Assembly (NCBI GenBank): GCA_002726945.1
Contig: PBTB01000106.1
Span: 1 to 37,314, forward strand
Reading direction: 5' to 3'
Length of the DNA stretch: 37,314 nt
Source: Deltaproteobacteria bacterium
Lineage (GTDB): Bacteria; SAR324; NAC60-12
Shown here: piece after piece, positions 1-9,320 of the stretch
Numbering within the stretch: position 1 is the first letter of the stretch
Layout of the letters: each line of letters opens with the position of its first letter
Position numbers and translations under genes: made by a program
The notes under the pieces: generated by a model
The model's database searches: none
The model's input: only the letters and a program-made list of their open reading frames with translations
Told to the model about the DNA's origin: nothing

Positions 1-186
1 CTCCTGATAGGCTCGCAGCACCTCGGCCTTGCGCTCCTCGCTGTAGCGTTGCTTGGGAAGCAGCACCTTGCTCGCCCCGCAAGTGCGGCACTGGTACTGC
101 TGGCTTCCGCAGCGGTTGTGGCCGTTCTTGACAATGTGTGTGCTGCCGCAAGCGCGGCAGTGATGAACTTGGCTGGTCCGAATCAT
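1..186 (-). CDS. IS1-family transposase, N-terminal InsA-like zinc ribbon (partial, runs off window)
   Basis: Manual translation: MIRTSQVHHCRACGSTHIVKNGHNRCGSQQYQCRTCGASKVLLPKQRYSEERKAEVLRAYQE (CxxC..KNG..QxYxCxxC). RBS AAAGGAG upstream. Confidence 0.88.
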   Translation of the reverse strand, partial: MIRTSQVHHCRACGSTHIVKNGHNRCGSQQYQCRTCGASKVLLPKQRYSEERKAEVLRAYQE

Positions 187-258
187 CGCTAATCTCCTTT
201 GGTAGGTTAAGACATCACCTCCAGAGCATACCATTTCATTTAATCACAAGCCACTACC
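1..258 (-). mobile_element. IS1-family insertion sequence, left part (truncated by window start)
   Basis: Minus strand begins GGTAGTGGCTTGTGATTAAATGAAATGG at 258, matching the GGTRRTG-type IS1 terminus. A zinc-ribbon transposase ORF follows, and the flank is AT-rich. Confidence 0.85.
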
Positions 259-347
259 TACTATAATATCAATGAATTGTATGTTTGTATCCCAGTCCAA
301 GATGTGTCCTATAACCAGTGGCTTTGACTATACCTGCTCAATGTGGG

Positions 348-794
348 TTATTTGGAATAGATGCCGGAGTATCCTGCCAACTGAAGCAATTCGATTTCCA
401 GTTCCAGCATTTTGCGGGCGTCTTCCTCAGAGCGTTCATGATCCCACCCGGCGAGGTGGGCACAGCCATGTGCGAGCATCCGGGCGAGTTCCGTTTCCAC
501 GGGCCAGCCGTTTTCCTGTGCCTGCCGAGTGACCTGCTCCAGCGAAACCGCCAAATCTCCCACGCACTCCGCATCAGGATCGTCCTCCCAGTATGACCAC
601 GAAAGCACATCTGTGGTTTGGTCTCGCTCCCGGAACTCCCGGTTCAGCTCCCGCATTTCCACATCGTCCGTGAGGTAGAGCGAAACGCAGCGTTCTCCCG
701 GAAAAAGCTTCTGGAGGAACGTGGTCAGCACCGTTTGAAGCACCTCTGGATCTGCCTGCCCCGCAACGGTTTCCGTGCAAGTGATTTCAATCAC
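348..794 (-). CDS. ybeY: rRNA maturation endoribonuclease YbeY
   Basis: MRELNREFR..TDVLSW and the metal motif HGCAHLAGWDH (HxxxHxxGxDH). Confidence 0.95.
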   Translation of the reverse strand: MIEITCTETVAGQADPEVLQTVLTTFLQKLFPGERCVSLYLTDDVEMRELNREFRERDQTTDVLSWSYWEDDPDAECVGDLAVSLEQVTRQAQENGWPVETELARMLAHGCAHLAGWDHERSEEDARKMLELEIELLQLAGYSGIYSK

Positions 795-1746
795 TCGATT
801 TCTTCAACTCAAACACCCGCAACTTGGCGCTGCGGCTTCTTGGATTGTCTGAGACTTCAGCTTCGGTCGCCATGATGGGGCTGCGATTGACCGCCCGTCC
901 AATGGACTGTTTGCCGCAGATGCAGTACGGCAGGTCGGTTGGGCAGGCGCAGGGTCGCTCCCATTCCCGGAATAGCTTTTTGACCGGACGGTCTTCCAGC
1001 GAGTGAAAGCTGATGATTGCCATGCGTCCCCCCGGATTCAGAAAGTCCGGAAGGATTTTCAGCAGGGTTTCCAGTTCCTCCAACTCGCGGTTGACCGCAA
1101 TCCGCAACGCCTGAAACGTCAGGGTCGCCGGATGGAAGCCGGGTTTGTGAAAGCGACGGGGAATCGTGCTGGCAACGAGGTCGGACAACTCGGCAGTCGT
1201 GCGAATTGGGTTGGTGCGCCGATGCTCAATGATCGTCCGGGCGATCTTCGTAGCGTTGCGCTCCTCGCCATATTCACGGAGCCAACGTCGCAATTCGTGC
1301 TCGTTGACTTTTCGGAGCAGTTGTGCTGCGTTCAGGTCCGGACTGTTCGGGTCCATCCGCATGTCCAACGGACCATCGAGGAGAAATGAAAAGCCACGTT
1401 CTGCCCGCTGGAGTTGTTCGGAGGACATGCCGAGATCGGCAATCACAAAATCGTAACGCAGTCCCCAGAGTTTGAGGTAGGCGGGGAGTTCCGAAAACCG
1501 TGCCTGCCGAACTTCCGTTCGTCCTGGGAATCGAGCTTCCAGTCGCTGCTTGGAGGCGTCCACCGCCACGGGATCACGATCCCCCCCCCGGAGTTGAGCC
1601 TCTGGACAGCGGTGAAGAAGTGCAGAACTGTGCCCGGCACCGCCGAGGGTGCAGTCCAGCAAAGTTCGGGGTTGCTCTGGCAGGTTCGCAAGGATTTCCT
1701 CAACCAACACCGGAACGTGCTGGAAGTCGCCGGAGGGAGTTTCCAT
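787..1746 (-). CDS. rsmH: 16S rRNA m4C1402 methyltransferase RsmH (MraW)
   Basis: HVPVL, DCTLGGAGHS, DLGMSS, RGFSF..GPLDMRM, FQALRIAVN, SFHSLEDR, NPRSRSAKLR. Confidence 0.97.
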   Translation of the reverse strand: METPSGDFQHVPVLVEEILANLPEQPRTLLDCTLGGAGHSSALLHRCPEAQLRGGDRDPVAVDASKQRLEARFPGRTEVRQARFSELPAYLKLWGLRYDFVIADLGMSSEQLQRAERGFSFLLDGPLDMRMDPNSPDLNAAQLLRKVNEHELRRWLREYGEERNATKIARTIIEHRRTNPIRTTAELSDLVASTIPRRFHKPGFHPATLTFQALRIAVNRELEELETLLKILPDFLNPGGRMAIISFHSLEDRPVKKLFREWERPCACPTDLPYCICGKQSIGRAVNRSPIMATEAEVSDNPRSRSAKLRVFELKKSSD

Positions 1747-1749
1747 GCT

Positions 1750-2664
1750 TCAGAAGCCCAGCACTTGCCAAGCGGCAGGGTGAAAAGTGTAGCGGTGCTG
1801 AAACGCGAGGTTGTGCGTTTTCTTGAGTTCCCGGAAGAGCGGATGGGGCTGCCAGTTCCTGGATTGACGGAAGAGCAGGCTCAGCACCTCGGAAACCACC
1901 TCTTCAGGGAGATCATGACGAGCAACCAGCACCGGGCGCTGCATGGGTAGCACCACGTCTTGAGCCTGTCCCAGATACGTCGCTGCGGGCAGCATCGCCA
2001 TTTGCATCCACGGAGCTGTTTCCAGAAGCCCTTGCCGCAGTTGCGGATTCAGCGCAAGCAGGCGGTGCAGCGGGTTTTGCTGAAGATGCTGATGGATTTC
2101 CTGGGTTGGTGCCGGGGCCAATACCACCCAGGTCTCCTCCAGTCCCCACAACGTTTCGTCATTTTGAGGCATCGTGCTTTCCCAACGGATGCTTTGCACT
2201 CCAGAGTGGGTTTGCGCTCCCCAGACCACGGCTAGCGGGAACGTGTTTGGATGCATCCGCAAGGTGAGCCGGGGATCGGGAGGCAGTTCAAGCAACTCCG
2301 GATGGGCGCTGATCACCTGCAACCAATTCGTCCAGAGGACCGTCAGCACCTGCACTTTCGGGAACTCCCCAAGCCAGCGGTACGCCGATTCCGCGTCCAC
2401 GATAGCCAAATCCCCGCGCTGCTCGGAAAGCTGTTCCAGTCGGGATTTTGGATGCACGGCAAAGCTCCAGTCAAGATGGAATTCCTTGTCCTTGACTGCC
2501 CCCGGAAGTTTCCAGAGCCGCACCAGTTCTCGGGCAAATTCGCGGGAGCCGGAGTCTTCCGTTCCCCCCAGCACCACATAGTGTGTCTCTGCACCAAACA
2601 CGGTGCCGGAGCAGATCCAGTTGCAGCCAAGCACGAGGACAAGCAGGAGGAGATGCTGCTTCAT
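1750..2664 (-). CDS. Divergent TAXI-type TRAP solute-binding protein-like periplasmic protein
   Basis: Signal peptide. C-terminal LPAATYLGQ..LVARHDLPEEVV..L..LF and FHPAA resemble TAXI receptors. Confidence 0.6.
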   Translation of the reverse strand: MKQHLLLLVLVLGCNWICSGTVFGAETHYVVLGGTEDSGSREFARELVRLWKLPGAVKDKEFHLDWSFAVHPKSRLEQLSEQRGDLAIVDAESAYRWLGEFPKVQVLTVLWTNWLQVISAHPELLELPPDPRLTLRMHPNTFPLAVVWGAQTHSGVQSIRWESTMPQNDETLWGLEETWVVLAPAPTQEIHQHLQQNPLHRLLALNPQLRQGLLETAPWMQMAMLPAATYLGQAQDVVLPMQRPVLVARHDLPEEVVSEVLSLLFRQSRNWQPHPLFRELKKTHNLAFQHRYTFHPAAWQVLGF

Positions 2665-3479
2665 TGCTGGCAGGCGGGACAGAAAAAGCTGCTGCGCTGT
2701 TGCTGGACGATGCGCTGGATGGGAGTGCCGCAGGTGGGGCAGGGGGAGCCGTCCTTGCCGTACACTCGCAGGAAGTCCTGAAACTCACCGGTCTTGTCAT
2801 CCACCCGTCGGAAATCGGAGATCGAGGTGCCGTTCATTGCGATTGCCTCTTGCAATACGAACTTGGTGGTGGCGACCAATTGCTTGCGCTCCTTGGAGCG
2901 AATTTGCTGGGCCGGGCGTTCCGGATGCACTCCAATGCGGTAAAGGATTTCCGAGGCGTAGATGTTGCCAATGCCCACGACCACGCGCTGGTCCAGTAGC
3001 ATGGACTTGATGTTGCGGGAAGTACGCTGGAACGGATTGCGCAGGGAGTCTGGAGTGAATTTGGAAGAGAGCGGTTCCAAACCCAAGTTTGCCAAAGCGG
3101 GACTTTCTTCAAGCGTATCCAAGACTTCCAAAGTGCCAAAGCAGCGCACATCGCTGAAGACCATCCAGCGTCCACTTTGAAAGCGGAACCGCACCCGCTG
3201 GTGCTTGTCCAACGACAGTTCGGTTTCGGTGACGACGAACTTTCCTGTCATCCGGAGGTGCCCCAGCAAGTAGCCTCTCGGGGACAAATGGAAGCAGAGG
3301 AATTTTGCGCGGCGGGTGACATCGTGGATGGTGCGCTCCAGCAGACGATCCAGGAACGCCTTTCGGTCTCCTTGCACAATGAGCGTGGGATGCAGAATCT
3401 CCACGCGGTCAATCGTCTCACCAACGATCTGGCTCCGCAGCCCACGGACCACCGTTTCCACTTCCGGGAGTTCTGGCAT
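2661..3479 (-). CDS. mutM: Formamidopyrimidine-DNA glycosylase / AP lyase
   Basis: N-terminal PELPEVE, HLRMTG, GIGNIYASE, C-terminal CPTC..CPAC zinc finger. Confidence 0.98.
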   Translation of the reverse strand: MPELPEVETVVRGLRSQIVGETIDRVEILHPTLIVQGDRKAFLDRLLERTIHDVTRRAKFLCFHLSPRGYLLGHLRMTGKFVVTETELSLDKHQRVRFRFQSGRWMVFSDVRCFGTLEVLDTLEESPALANLGLEPLSSKFTPDSLRNPFQRTSRNIKSMLLDQRVVVGIGNIYASEILYRIGVHPERPAQQIRSKERKQLVATTKFVLQEAIAMNGTSISDFRRVDDKTGEFQDFLRVYGKDGSPCPTCGTPIQRIVQQQRSSFFCPACQQ

Positions 3480-3483
3480 GACG

Positions 3484-3771
3484 CTATCCCCGGGTTAACT
3501 CGAACAGCCAATGGCGCACCACGAACGCCGTCCGGAACGGGGACATGCGGATGCGCTCCAGCATCAACTTCTGATCAGACGACGACGATTCTCGCTCCGT
3601 CGGCACAGCCCAATCCTCTTCTCCGGGCATCTCGAGTTTCTGCGAACCCCGCAGCGCATGGCGGAAAAATCCGTTTCCGTTCAAACGCCAATTGCGTACC
3701 AGCCACGAGAACATGCAGATGCCAATGCTGGTGGTGCAGTAGGTCAGGATTCCGGTCAGCAGTTCCTGCAT
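3484..3771 (-). CDS. Small hypothetical membrane protein
   Basis: ATG at 3771 with GGAG RBS, one N-terminal hydrophobic segment, stop 4 nt before the mutM start. Confidence 0.55.
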   Translation of the reverse strand: MQELLTGILTYCTTSIGICMFSWLVRNWRLNGNGFFRHALRGSQKLEMPGEEDWAVPTERESSSSDQKLMLERIRMSPFRTAFVVRHWLFELTRG

Positions 3772-3865
3772 GGCCACTCCTCCAGGTTGGGCCGAGGTGC
3801 TTTGGTGGTGCGAGCGACAACTCTCAACGAGTTTCACTCAGGATGGCTGGTGCTGGAGCGTGACG

Positions 3866-4132
3866 TCAGGACTTGGAATCTTTGGAAGGCTGAGCGTCCG
3901 TGGCGGCTTTCATCATGCTCTCCATGCTGCGCCCCAAGGTTTCCACAAACTGCCGTCCAAACTGGAAGGTTGGTCCCATCATCTCCGCCATCACTTCCGG
4001 ATTCATCTGGCCCGTGCGCATTTGCTCGGCAAACTCCTCCAGCACCTCGCCCTGCACCTTCGAGAGGTGGGGCATCCCAAGGGTTTCCCGGACTTCTTCC
4101 GGAGTGGCTTCAATACTGATGTTGATTTTCAT
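3866..4132 (-). CDS. DUF6489-like small protein
   Basis: MKINISIEATPEEVRETLGMPHL matches the MKxxIxIxxTPEExRxxxGxP start I associate with DUF6489. Start trimmed from the longer ORF call. Confidence 0.7.
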   Translation of the reverse strand: MKINISIEATPEEVRETLGMPHLSKVQGEVLEEFAEQMRTGQMNPEVMAEMMGPTFQFGRQFVETLGRSMESMMKAATDAQPSKDSKS

Positions 4133-4193
4133 GGGAATCCCTACCCCCGTTCTCCCGTGAAGCGGGCCAAGTCTGCGACTATTTTGAAAGAAC

Positions 4194-4817
4194 TCACGAA
4201 TCAAGAAACGTCCACGGGGTCTGCGCCCGGGCTTGTTGCTCATAGGCCGTGATTTGCCCGGCGAACCTGAGGGTCCAGCCAATGTCGTCGAGTCCGCTGA
4301 GCAGGCAGTGCTTCGCAAAGGGATCAACCTCGAAGGAGAACATCCGTCCTTCAGGAGAACGAACCTCATCCGAAGGCAGGTCAACGGTCAGTTCACAACC
4401 TTCGTTCGCTTCTACTTCCTCGAACAACGCCTGCACCTCCTCTGGTTGCAGCACCACCACGAGGATGCCGTTCTTGCGGCAGTTGTTGAAGAAGATGTCC
4501 GCAAAACTCGGTGCAATGATACAGCGGAAACCGTAATCAAGCAAGGCCCACGGCGCGTGTTCCCGACTGGAGCCACAGCCGAAATTATCGCGGGCCAACA
4601 AGATTTGTGCGCCTTGGAAACGCGGGGCGTTCAGCACGAACTCCGGATTGGGCTGGGTGCCCGCATCGTCCAGATAGCGCCAGTCGTGAAAAAGGTGGAC
4701 CCCAAAGCCCGTGCGTTCGATCTTCTTGAGGAACTGCTTGGGGATGATCTGGTCCGTGTCCACGTTGATCCGGTCAAACGTGGCGGTCAGGGCGGTCAGT
4801 TGGGTGAACGGTTCCAT
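4194..4817 (-). CDS. leuD: 3-isopropylmalate dehydratase small subunit
   Basis: [43 protein letters not shown]. Start taken at ATG 4817. Confidence 0.97.
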   Translation of the reverse strand: MEPFTQLTALTATFDRINVDTDQIIPKQFLKKIERTGFGVHLFHDWRYLDDAGTQPNPEFVLNAPRFQGAQILLARDNFGCGSSREHAPWALLDYGFRCIIAPSFADIFFNNCRKNGILVVVLQPEEVQALFEEVEANEGCELTVDLPSDEVRSPEGRMFSFEVDPFAKHCLLSGLDDIGWTLRFAGQITAYEQQARAQTPWTFLDS

Positions 4818-4825
4818 GTTTCTTG

Positions 4826-5302
4826 TCAAAGTTCAATGTTCTGGTGAAATTCCGGGAATATCCGTGAAGTGGACCGTGGGCTTTCTACGTCAAAAAAACT
4901 TAATCGGCCATCCTCATCGCAGTACCAGACTTCTTCGGCGTCAGTTTCAAAATACAATTCCCGTTTTTCGTGCATTTCCTTATCGGTGTTGCCGGGAGAG
5001 AACACCTCCACACAAACCTCCGGTGCCACGGAGCATTCCACTTCATGCTTGATCTGCTCAAAGCGCTCACGCGAAGCCCAAGCCACATCCGCGACTTTGG
5101 TGCCGCCGTGCGTGTGAATCGCGCATGCGGCCAACCCCTTGCCATCGGAACGCATGGATTCCATCAAATGTCCGACGGCTAGTTGGTACGCCGAATGGCT
5201 CACTCGAACGGGAGCCATAACGATTTTTCCATATTCATTGAGTTCAATCTTGAATGGAAGGTTTCTCAGGTTGGGATGATCACACACTTCTTGCCAGTTC
5301 AT
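4826..5302 (-). CDS. Uma2-family (PD-(D/E)xK-like) putative endonuclease
   Basis: [44 protein letters not shown]. Confidence 0.9.
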   Translation of the reverse strand: MNWQEVCDHPNLRNLPFKIELNEYGKIVMAPVRVSHSAYQLAVGHLMESMRSDGKGLAACAIHTHGGTKVADVAWASRERFEQIKHEVECSVAPEVCVEVFSPGNTDKEMHEKRELYFETDAEEVWYCDEDGRLSFFDVESPRSTSRIFPEFHQNIEL

Positions 5303-5314
5303 GAGATGCCTTTT

Positions 5315-6709
5315 TCAAAGAGTGCGGGGATCGGCAAAGCGTCCGGCCACAGCGGCGGCAGCGGCCATCAGCGGACTGACGAGGTGGGTGCGTCCCCCCT
5401 TGCCCTGGCGTCCCTCGAAGTTGCGGTTGCTGGTGGAGGCGCAGCGCTCTCCGGGTTGGAGCATGTCATCATTCATGGCGAGGCACATTGAACATCCGGG
5501 TTCGCGCCAGTCAAAACCTGCTTCAGTGAAGACCTGATCCAGACCCTCCTCTTCGGCTTGCTGCCGCACCAGTCCGCTGCCGGGGACAATCATCGCGTGG
5601 ACTCCGGAACGGACCTTGCGGCCCTTCACGAACTCCGCAACCGTCCGCAGATCCTCGATACGGGAATTGGTGCAGGAGCCAATGAAGGCCCGGTCAATCG
5701 AGATTTCCTGCATCGGGGTGTTGGCCTCCAGCCCCATGTACGCCAAGGCGCGTTGCAACGCCTTGCGTTCGGTGGAGTCCACAATGGCTTCCGGATCGGG
5801 AACCTTGCCGTTGATGTCCGTGACCATGCCCGGATTTGTCCCCCACGTCACTTGCGGCAGGATGTCCTCGGCGGTCAGCGTGAGTGTGGTGTCGAATTCG
5901 GCGTCCGGATCGGAGGGCAACTGCTTCCACGCCTCAACCGCTTGGTCGAAATCTGCACCTTGCGGGGCGAAGGCTCGCCCCTGAAGATAGGCATACGTCT
6001 TCTCATCGGGGGCCACCATTCCGGCTCGTGCCCCGGCTTCGATGGCCATGTTGCAGAGCGTCATGCGCCCTTCCATCGAAAGGTTGCGAATTGCTGCGCC
6101 CATGAACTCGATCGCGTAGCCCCCGCCTCCGGCAGTGCCGATTTTACCGATGACGGTGAGGATGATGTCCTTCGCAGCCGCGTTTTCCGAAAGTATGCCT
6201 TCGACGGCCACTTTCATCGTTTTTGGTTTTTTCTGCTGGAGCGTCTGCGTGGCCAGCACATGTTCCACTTCGGAGGTGCCGATTCCGAAGGCAAGCGTTC
6301 CAAAAGCCCCGTGGGTCGCGGTGTGGGAATCGCCGCAGACAATCGTCGATCCTGGCAGCGTCAGTCCTTGCTCCGGTCCCATCACATGCACGATTCCGGA
6401 ACGCTTGTCTCCAAGGTCAAAGAGCGTGATTCCGAAATCCTTGCAGTTCTGGCGCAGCGTCTCCACCTGCTGGCGGGAAATCGGATCCTTGATTGGGGCA
6501 AGTTGGTCGCGGGTCGGGATGTTGTGGTCCGGAACCGCGTAGGTGGCTTCGGGACTGCGGACTTTTCGTCCAGCAAGCCGCAGTCCTGCGAAGGCCTGAG
6601 GTGAAGTGACTTCGTGGACGAGATGCCGGTCGATGTAGAGGATGGTGTTGCCCTCTTGCTCATGCACGACGTGCGTATCCCAGATTTTCTCAAACATTGT
6701 CTTGGCCAT
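5315..6709 (-). CDS. leuC: 3-isopropylmalate dehydratase large subunit
   Basis: [55 protein letters not shown]. Confidence 0.98.
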   Translation of the reverse strand: MAKTMFEKIWDTHVVHEQEGNTILYIDRHLVHEVTSPQAFAGLRLAGRKVRSPEATYAVPDHNIPTRDQLAPIKDPISRQQVETLRQNCKDFGITLFDLGDKRSGIVHVMGPEQGLTLPGSTIVCGDSHTATHGAFGTLAFGIGTSEVEHVLATQTLQQKKPKTMKVAVEGILSENAAAKDIILTVIGKIGTAGGGGYAIEFMGAAIRNLSMEGRMTLCNMAIEAGARAGMVAPDEKTYAYLQGRAFAPQGADFDQAVEAWKQLPSDPDAEFDTTLTLTAEDILPQVTWGTNPGMVTDINGKVPDPEAIVDSTERKALQRALAYMGLEANTPMQEISIDRAFIGSCTNSRIEDLRTVAEFVKGRKVRSGVHAMIVPGSGLVRQQAEEEGLDQVFTEAGFDWREPGCSMCLAMNDDMLQPGERCASTSNRNFEGRQGKGGRTHLVSPLMAAAAAVAGRFADPRTL

Positions 6710-6749
6710 GGGACGAATCCTCCAAAATGCAGGTTTTCAGTACAGAATG

Positions 6750-6778
6750 ATTCTAAGAGTCGGCTTGGAGGGAGTCAA
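6750..6778 (-). promoter_or_regulatory. Sigma70-type promoter for the leuC operon
   Basis: TTGACT-17 nt-TAGAAT about 40 nt upstream of the leuC ATG, followed by a GGAGG RBS. Confidence 0.7.
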
Positions 6779-6830
6779 GCACGCGGAGCGCACCCCGCCG
6801 TCAGATGCGCTCCGGAGGGAAGCGTGAGGA

Positions 6831-7047
6831 GGGTCACAAGCTACGTCCACAGGACGCAGCTTGAGGAAAGCCCCTCAAAGGGGTGATGGGTGGAACAATC
6901 CTAACCCGGACTAGCCGGAACCAAAATTATCGTCTATTCTCATTTCAGATAGTCCCCCTCTGAATGTCAAACAAAACCCATGAGGACCAAGGGGCCCACC
7001 TTTGGAATCGTCAGCACCTCCCCGTAGGGGAATACTCCGTGTGACCC
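6831..7047 (-). mobile_element. Probable non-autonomous IS200/IS605-like element (ends without transposase). Alternatively a structured ncRNA.
   Basis: GGGTCACA (6831-6838) and TGTGACCC (7040-7047) are inverted termini enclosing several hairpins: CAAGCT-a-CGTCC-aca-GGACG-c-AGCTTG, CCCCT-caa-AGGGG, TCCCC-gta-GGGGA. No credible ORF. Confidence 0.5.
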
Positions 7048-7081
7048 CTGCAGTCCTGAACTCGCTTGAGGAAACTCCCTC

Positions 7082-8035
7082 TCACTCGGAGGAAGCCTGC
7101 TTGATGGTGATGCGGGCGGACTGCCGGAGTTCAGTGAGGTAGGCTTGGATCGCTCCGGTCCGTTTTTGCTGGTACACGGAATTGGCGAGCGCGTCCGATT
7201 GCTCGGCGGAGAGGTTCGCACAATCCGGAGCGTTGGGAAACGCCTCTTCGGTGATGAAGAGGACATGGAAGCCAAACTGGGATTGCACCAGTTCGCTGGG
7301 TTGCGCCACCGGAAGGGTAAACGCCGCTTGGTCAATCGCAGGGAGCAGTTGCCCCTGCTGGAATTTTCCGAGTACCCCACCATTTTTTTTCGCTCCAGGA
7401 TCGTCAGAAACCTCACGGGCGATGGCGGAAAACGCCTTGCCTGCCGTAAGGGCAGTGCGTACTTCCTGTGCCCGGTTTTGCGCCTCCGTTTCAGAAGTTC
7501 GGAAGAGAATCTGTGACAAGCTGATCTGCCGCAACGACTGCCGATGCGTCCGGCAGGCGGCCTGAATCTCGGTGCCCTCCACACGAATCTTCGAGTCCAC
7601 CTCGCGGGACAGGACCCGCTGCTTCTTGAGATCCTTGAGGATACGTGACTGCAACTCGCTTTCCGGCATCACCGTGAGCAGTTGCGGGTTGGATTCGGAA
7701 ATGCGGTCCAATTGCGCATCCACCTCCTTGTTGGAAATTTCAATCTTCAGGACACGAGCGCGGTCGAGCAGCAGCAGTTCCTGGATGAGGCTGTCCACAG
7801 TGGTGCGGTCCACTTCGGCAAACTCGCGGTCGCGTTCCGGACCTTCCGGAATCGCTTGCTGAATCTGCGCCTTGAGTGCATTCACGATGTCCTCGGCCTC
7901 GCTCTGGGTCATCATCTGGCTGTTGACGATGAGGAAGATCCGGTCAATCACCTGGGGGGCCGCCCCAACTTGGAGCGCGGGGAGTAGAAACGCCCCCAGC
8001 AAAAGCATCAGCAGGGGCCAAAATCTAGCGGGCAT
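7082..8035 (-). CDS. SurA/PpiC-type (parvulin) peptidyl-prolyl isomerase chaperone
   Basis: Signal peptide, SurA N-domain (IDRIFLIVN..), parvulin domain (SQILF..FSAIAREVSDD..GGVLG..SQFGFHVL). Alternative TTG start at 8047. Confidence 0.9.
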   Translation of the reverse strand: MPARFWPLLMLLLGAFLLPALQVGAAPQVIDRIFLIVNSQMMTQSEAEDIVNALKAQIQQAIPEGPERDREFAEVDRTTVDSLIQELLLLDRARVLKIEISNKEVDAQLDRISESNPQLLTVMPESELQSRILKDLKKQRVLSREVDSKIRVEGTEIQAACRTHRQSLRQISLSQILFRTSETEAQNRAQEVRTALTAGKAFSAIAREVSDDPGAKKNGGVLGKFQQGQLLPAIDQAAFTLPVAQPSELVQSQFGFHVLFITEEAFPNAPDCANLSAEQSDALANSVYQQKRTGAIQAYLTELRQSARITIKQASSE

Positions 8036-8867
8036 GGTCGAGCGCAAGTGAGGTCATCGTTTGGGAAAAGGGTTGCAGTTCTGTGCTTCGGGCAGTCACA
8101 GGAATGCGGTGCAGGTACTCCATCTTGGTGACGGTGACACGCTTGTGCAGCCTGCCGTCGAACAGGTATTCCGTGACTTGCGGGTACGCCTGTTTCTGGT
8201 AAGTCTTGAATTTTGAAAAGCGCACCTCCAACTGCCAAACCGTGCCGTCCGGGTGCTGGACTTCGCGGTGCAGCGAGTGCATCCGGAAGGTGATGGGCTG
8301 GATGAAGGCGTAGGCTCCGGATTCGGGATGGCCCACACGATACAGGGCGTGGCTGTCCTCAGTGAGTTGCAGGGTGACGTGGAATCCGGAAAGACCGTAC
8401 TCCCGGAGCGTTTGCTCACGGTTCTGGGAATCACGTCCCAGCAGTCGCAAGTACCACGGCGAGGTTTCGTGCCAGTCGAATCCGGGATGCAGGGCCGTGT
8501 CGGCGTAGTTGTCCTTGTACTCAAGGTGAATGTGCAGTCGCTTCTGGAATCCCAGGGATTCCACGATGATGGCCTCGTCAGCTTTCCAGTGAATGCGCTG
8601 GCGGTAGCGGCGGTCAGGCCGCTCCACCGGATGCAGCTTGCCCTTGGCGTCCGCAACCGCTTGCAGTGGATCAAACACCTGCACCTCGGTTTCAAGGTAG
8701 ATACGCCACCAGTTGACGTGTTGATTCATTTGAAACTGGAGGTCTTCCCACGCAAGTGGTGACGTTGCGGCATGACCGGAAGCGGTGACCAGCAGCCCGG
8801 TTCCACAGAAGAGGAGAAGCCTCGACAGGCAGCGGGGAATCCGAAAAAGTGGCAAACGGCTTTTCAT
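8025..8867 (-). CDS. Hypothetical exported protein, possibly LolA-like/lipoprotein-sorting fold
   Basis: Signal peptide, beta-rich sequence, C-terminal VRFSKF...YPQVTEYLFDG pattern. Overlaps the start of the SurA-like gene. Confidence 0.6.
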   Translation of the reverse strand: MKSRLPLFRIPRCLSRLLLFCGTGLLVTASGHAATSPLAWEDLQFQMNQHVNWWRIYLETEVQVFDPLQAVADAKGKLHPVERPDRRYRQRIHWKADEAIIVESLGFQKRLHIHLEYKDNYADTALHPGFDWHETSPWYLRLLGRDSQNREQTLREYGLSGFHVTLQLTEDSHALYRVGHPESGAYAFIQPITFRMHSLHREVQHPDGTVWQLEVRFSKFKTYQKQAYPQVTEYLFDGRLHKRVTVTKMEYLHRIPVTARSTELQPFSQTMTSLALDHAR

Positions 8868-9046
8868 TCAAGAGGAGCAGTGCTAGGTTCAGCATGTCAG
8901 TTTTTGTTGGAATTCGCAAGGAATAGTGGCCGATACAGAAGCCTTTCAGAATCGGATTATCCAAGCTCTGAGTCGTTGCGTATCCCCACCTGACACCGGC
9001 AATCCGTTATGAAAGAAGCCAGAGGCTGGATCGATTTTAATCCCTT

Positions 9047-9157
9047 GAGGGTCTGATTCCCCGCAGCTTGCTGCGTTTTTCAGCGCCGCAGGCCATAGTT
9101 TTGCCAGGCTTTTTTCAAAAGTGTCACCGAATACTCCGCTGCTCTGCGGCGGGGTAT
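9047..9157. mobile_element. Palindromic IS200/IS605-end-like or REP-like remnant
   Basis: Two related GC hairpins: CGCAGC-tt-GCTGCG (9062-9075) and ATACTCCGCTGC-tct-GCGGCGGGGTAT (9131-9157), at the point where GC content drops. Confidence 0.5.
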
Positions 9158-9320
9158 GAATTGAACCATAATTTTTAAAAAACCGACCTGCTCAATGCGG
9201 GAAATAACTAATGATTCCAAAGAATTAAAGGATTTGAGGAATTTTTGATGAAGTCAATAATATCCGTGCTTTAGCAAAATTTTTCGTAAGTCCTGTATAC
9301 GTTTTTTCAACTAGGCGATA

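Noticed and set aside
6863-6874. GAGGAAAGCCCC as an RNase P RNA motif, and the element as tmRNA or SRP RNA
   Set aside because: The other universally conserved RNase P segments, the tmRNA T-loop and CCA end, and the SRP domain IV motif are all missing.
6886-6900. GGGTGGAAC as a T-box motif for leuC
   Set aside because: It is on the strand opposite leuC and upstream of the apparent promoter, with no specifier stem or terminator.
6710-7000. Leucine attenuator leader peptide
   Set aside because: The short minus-strand ORFs I found (MRIDDNFGSG, MGFV) have no Leu run, and the promoter lies too close to leuC.
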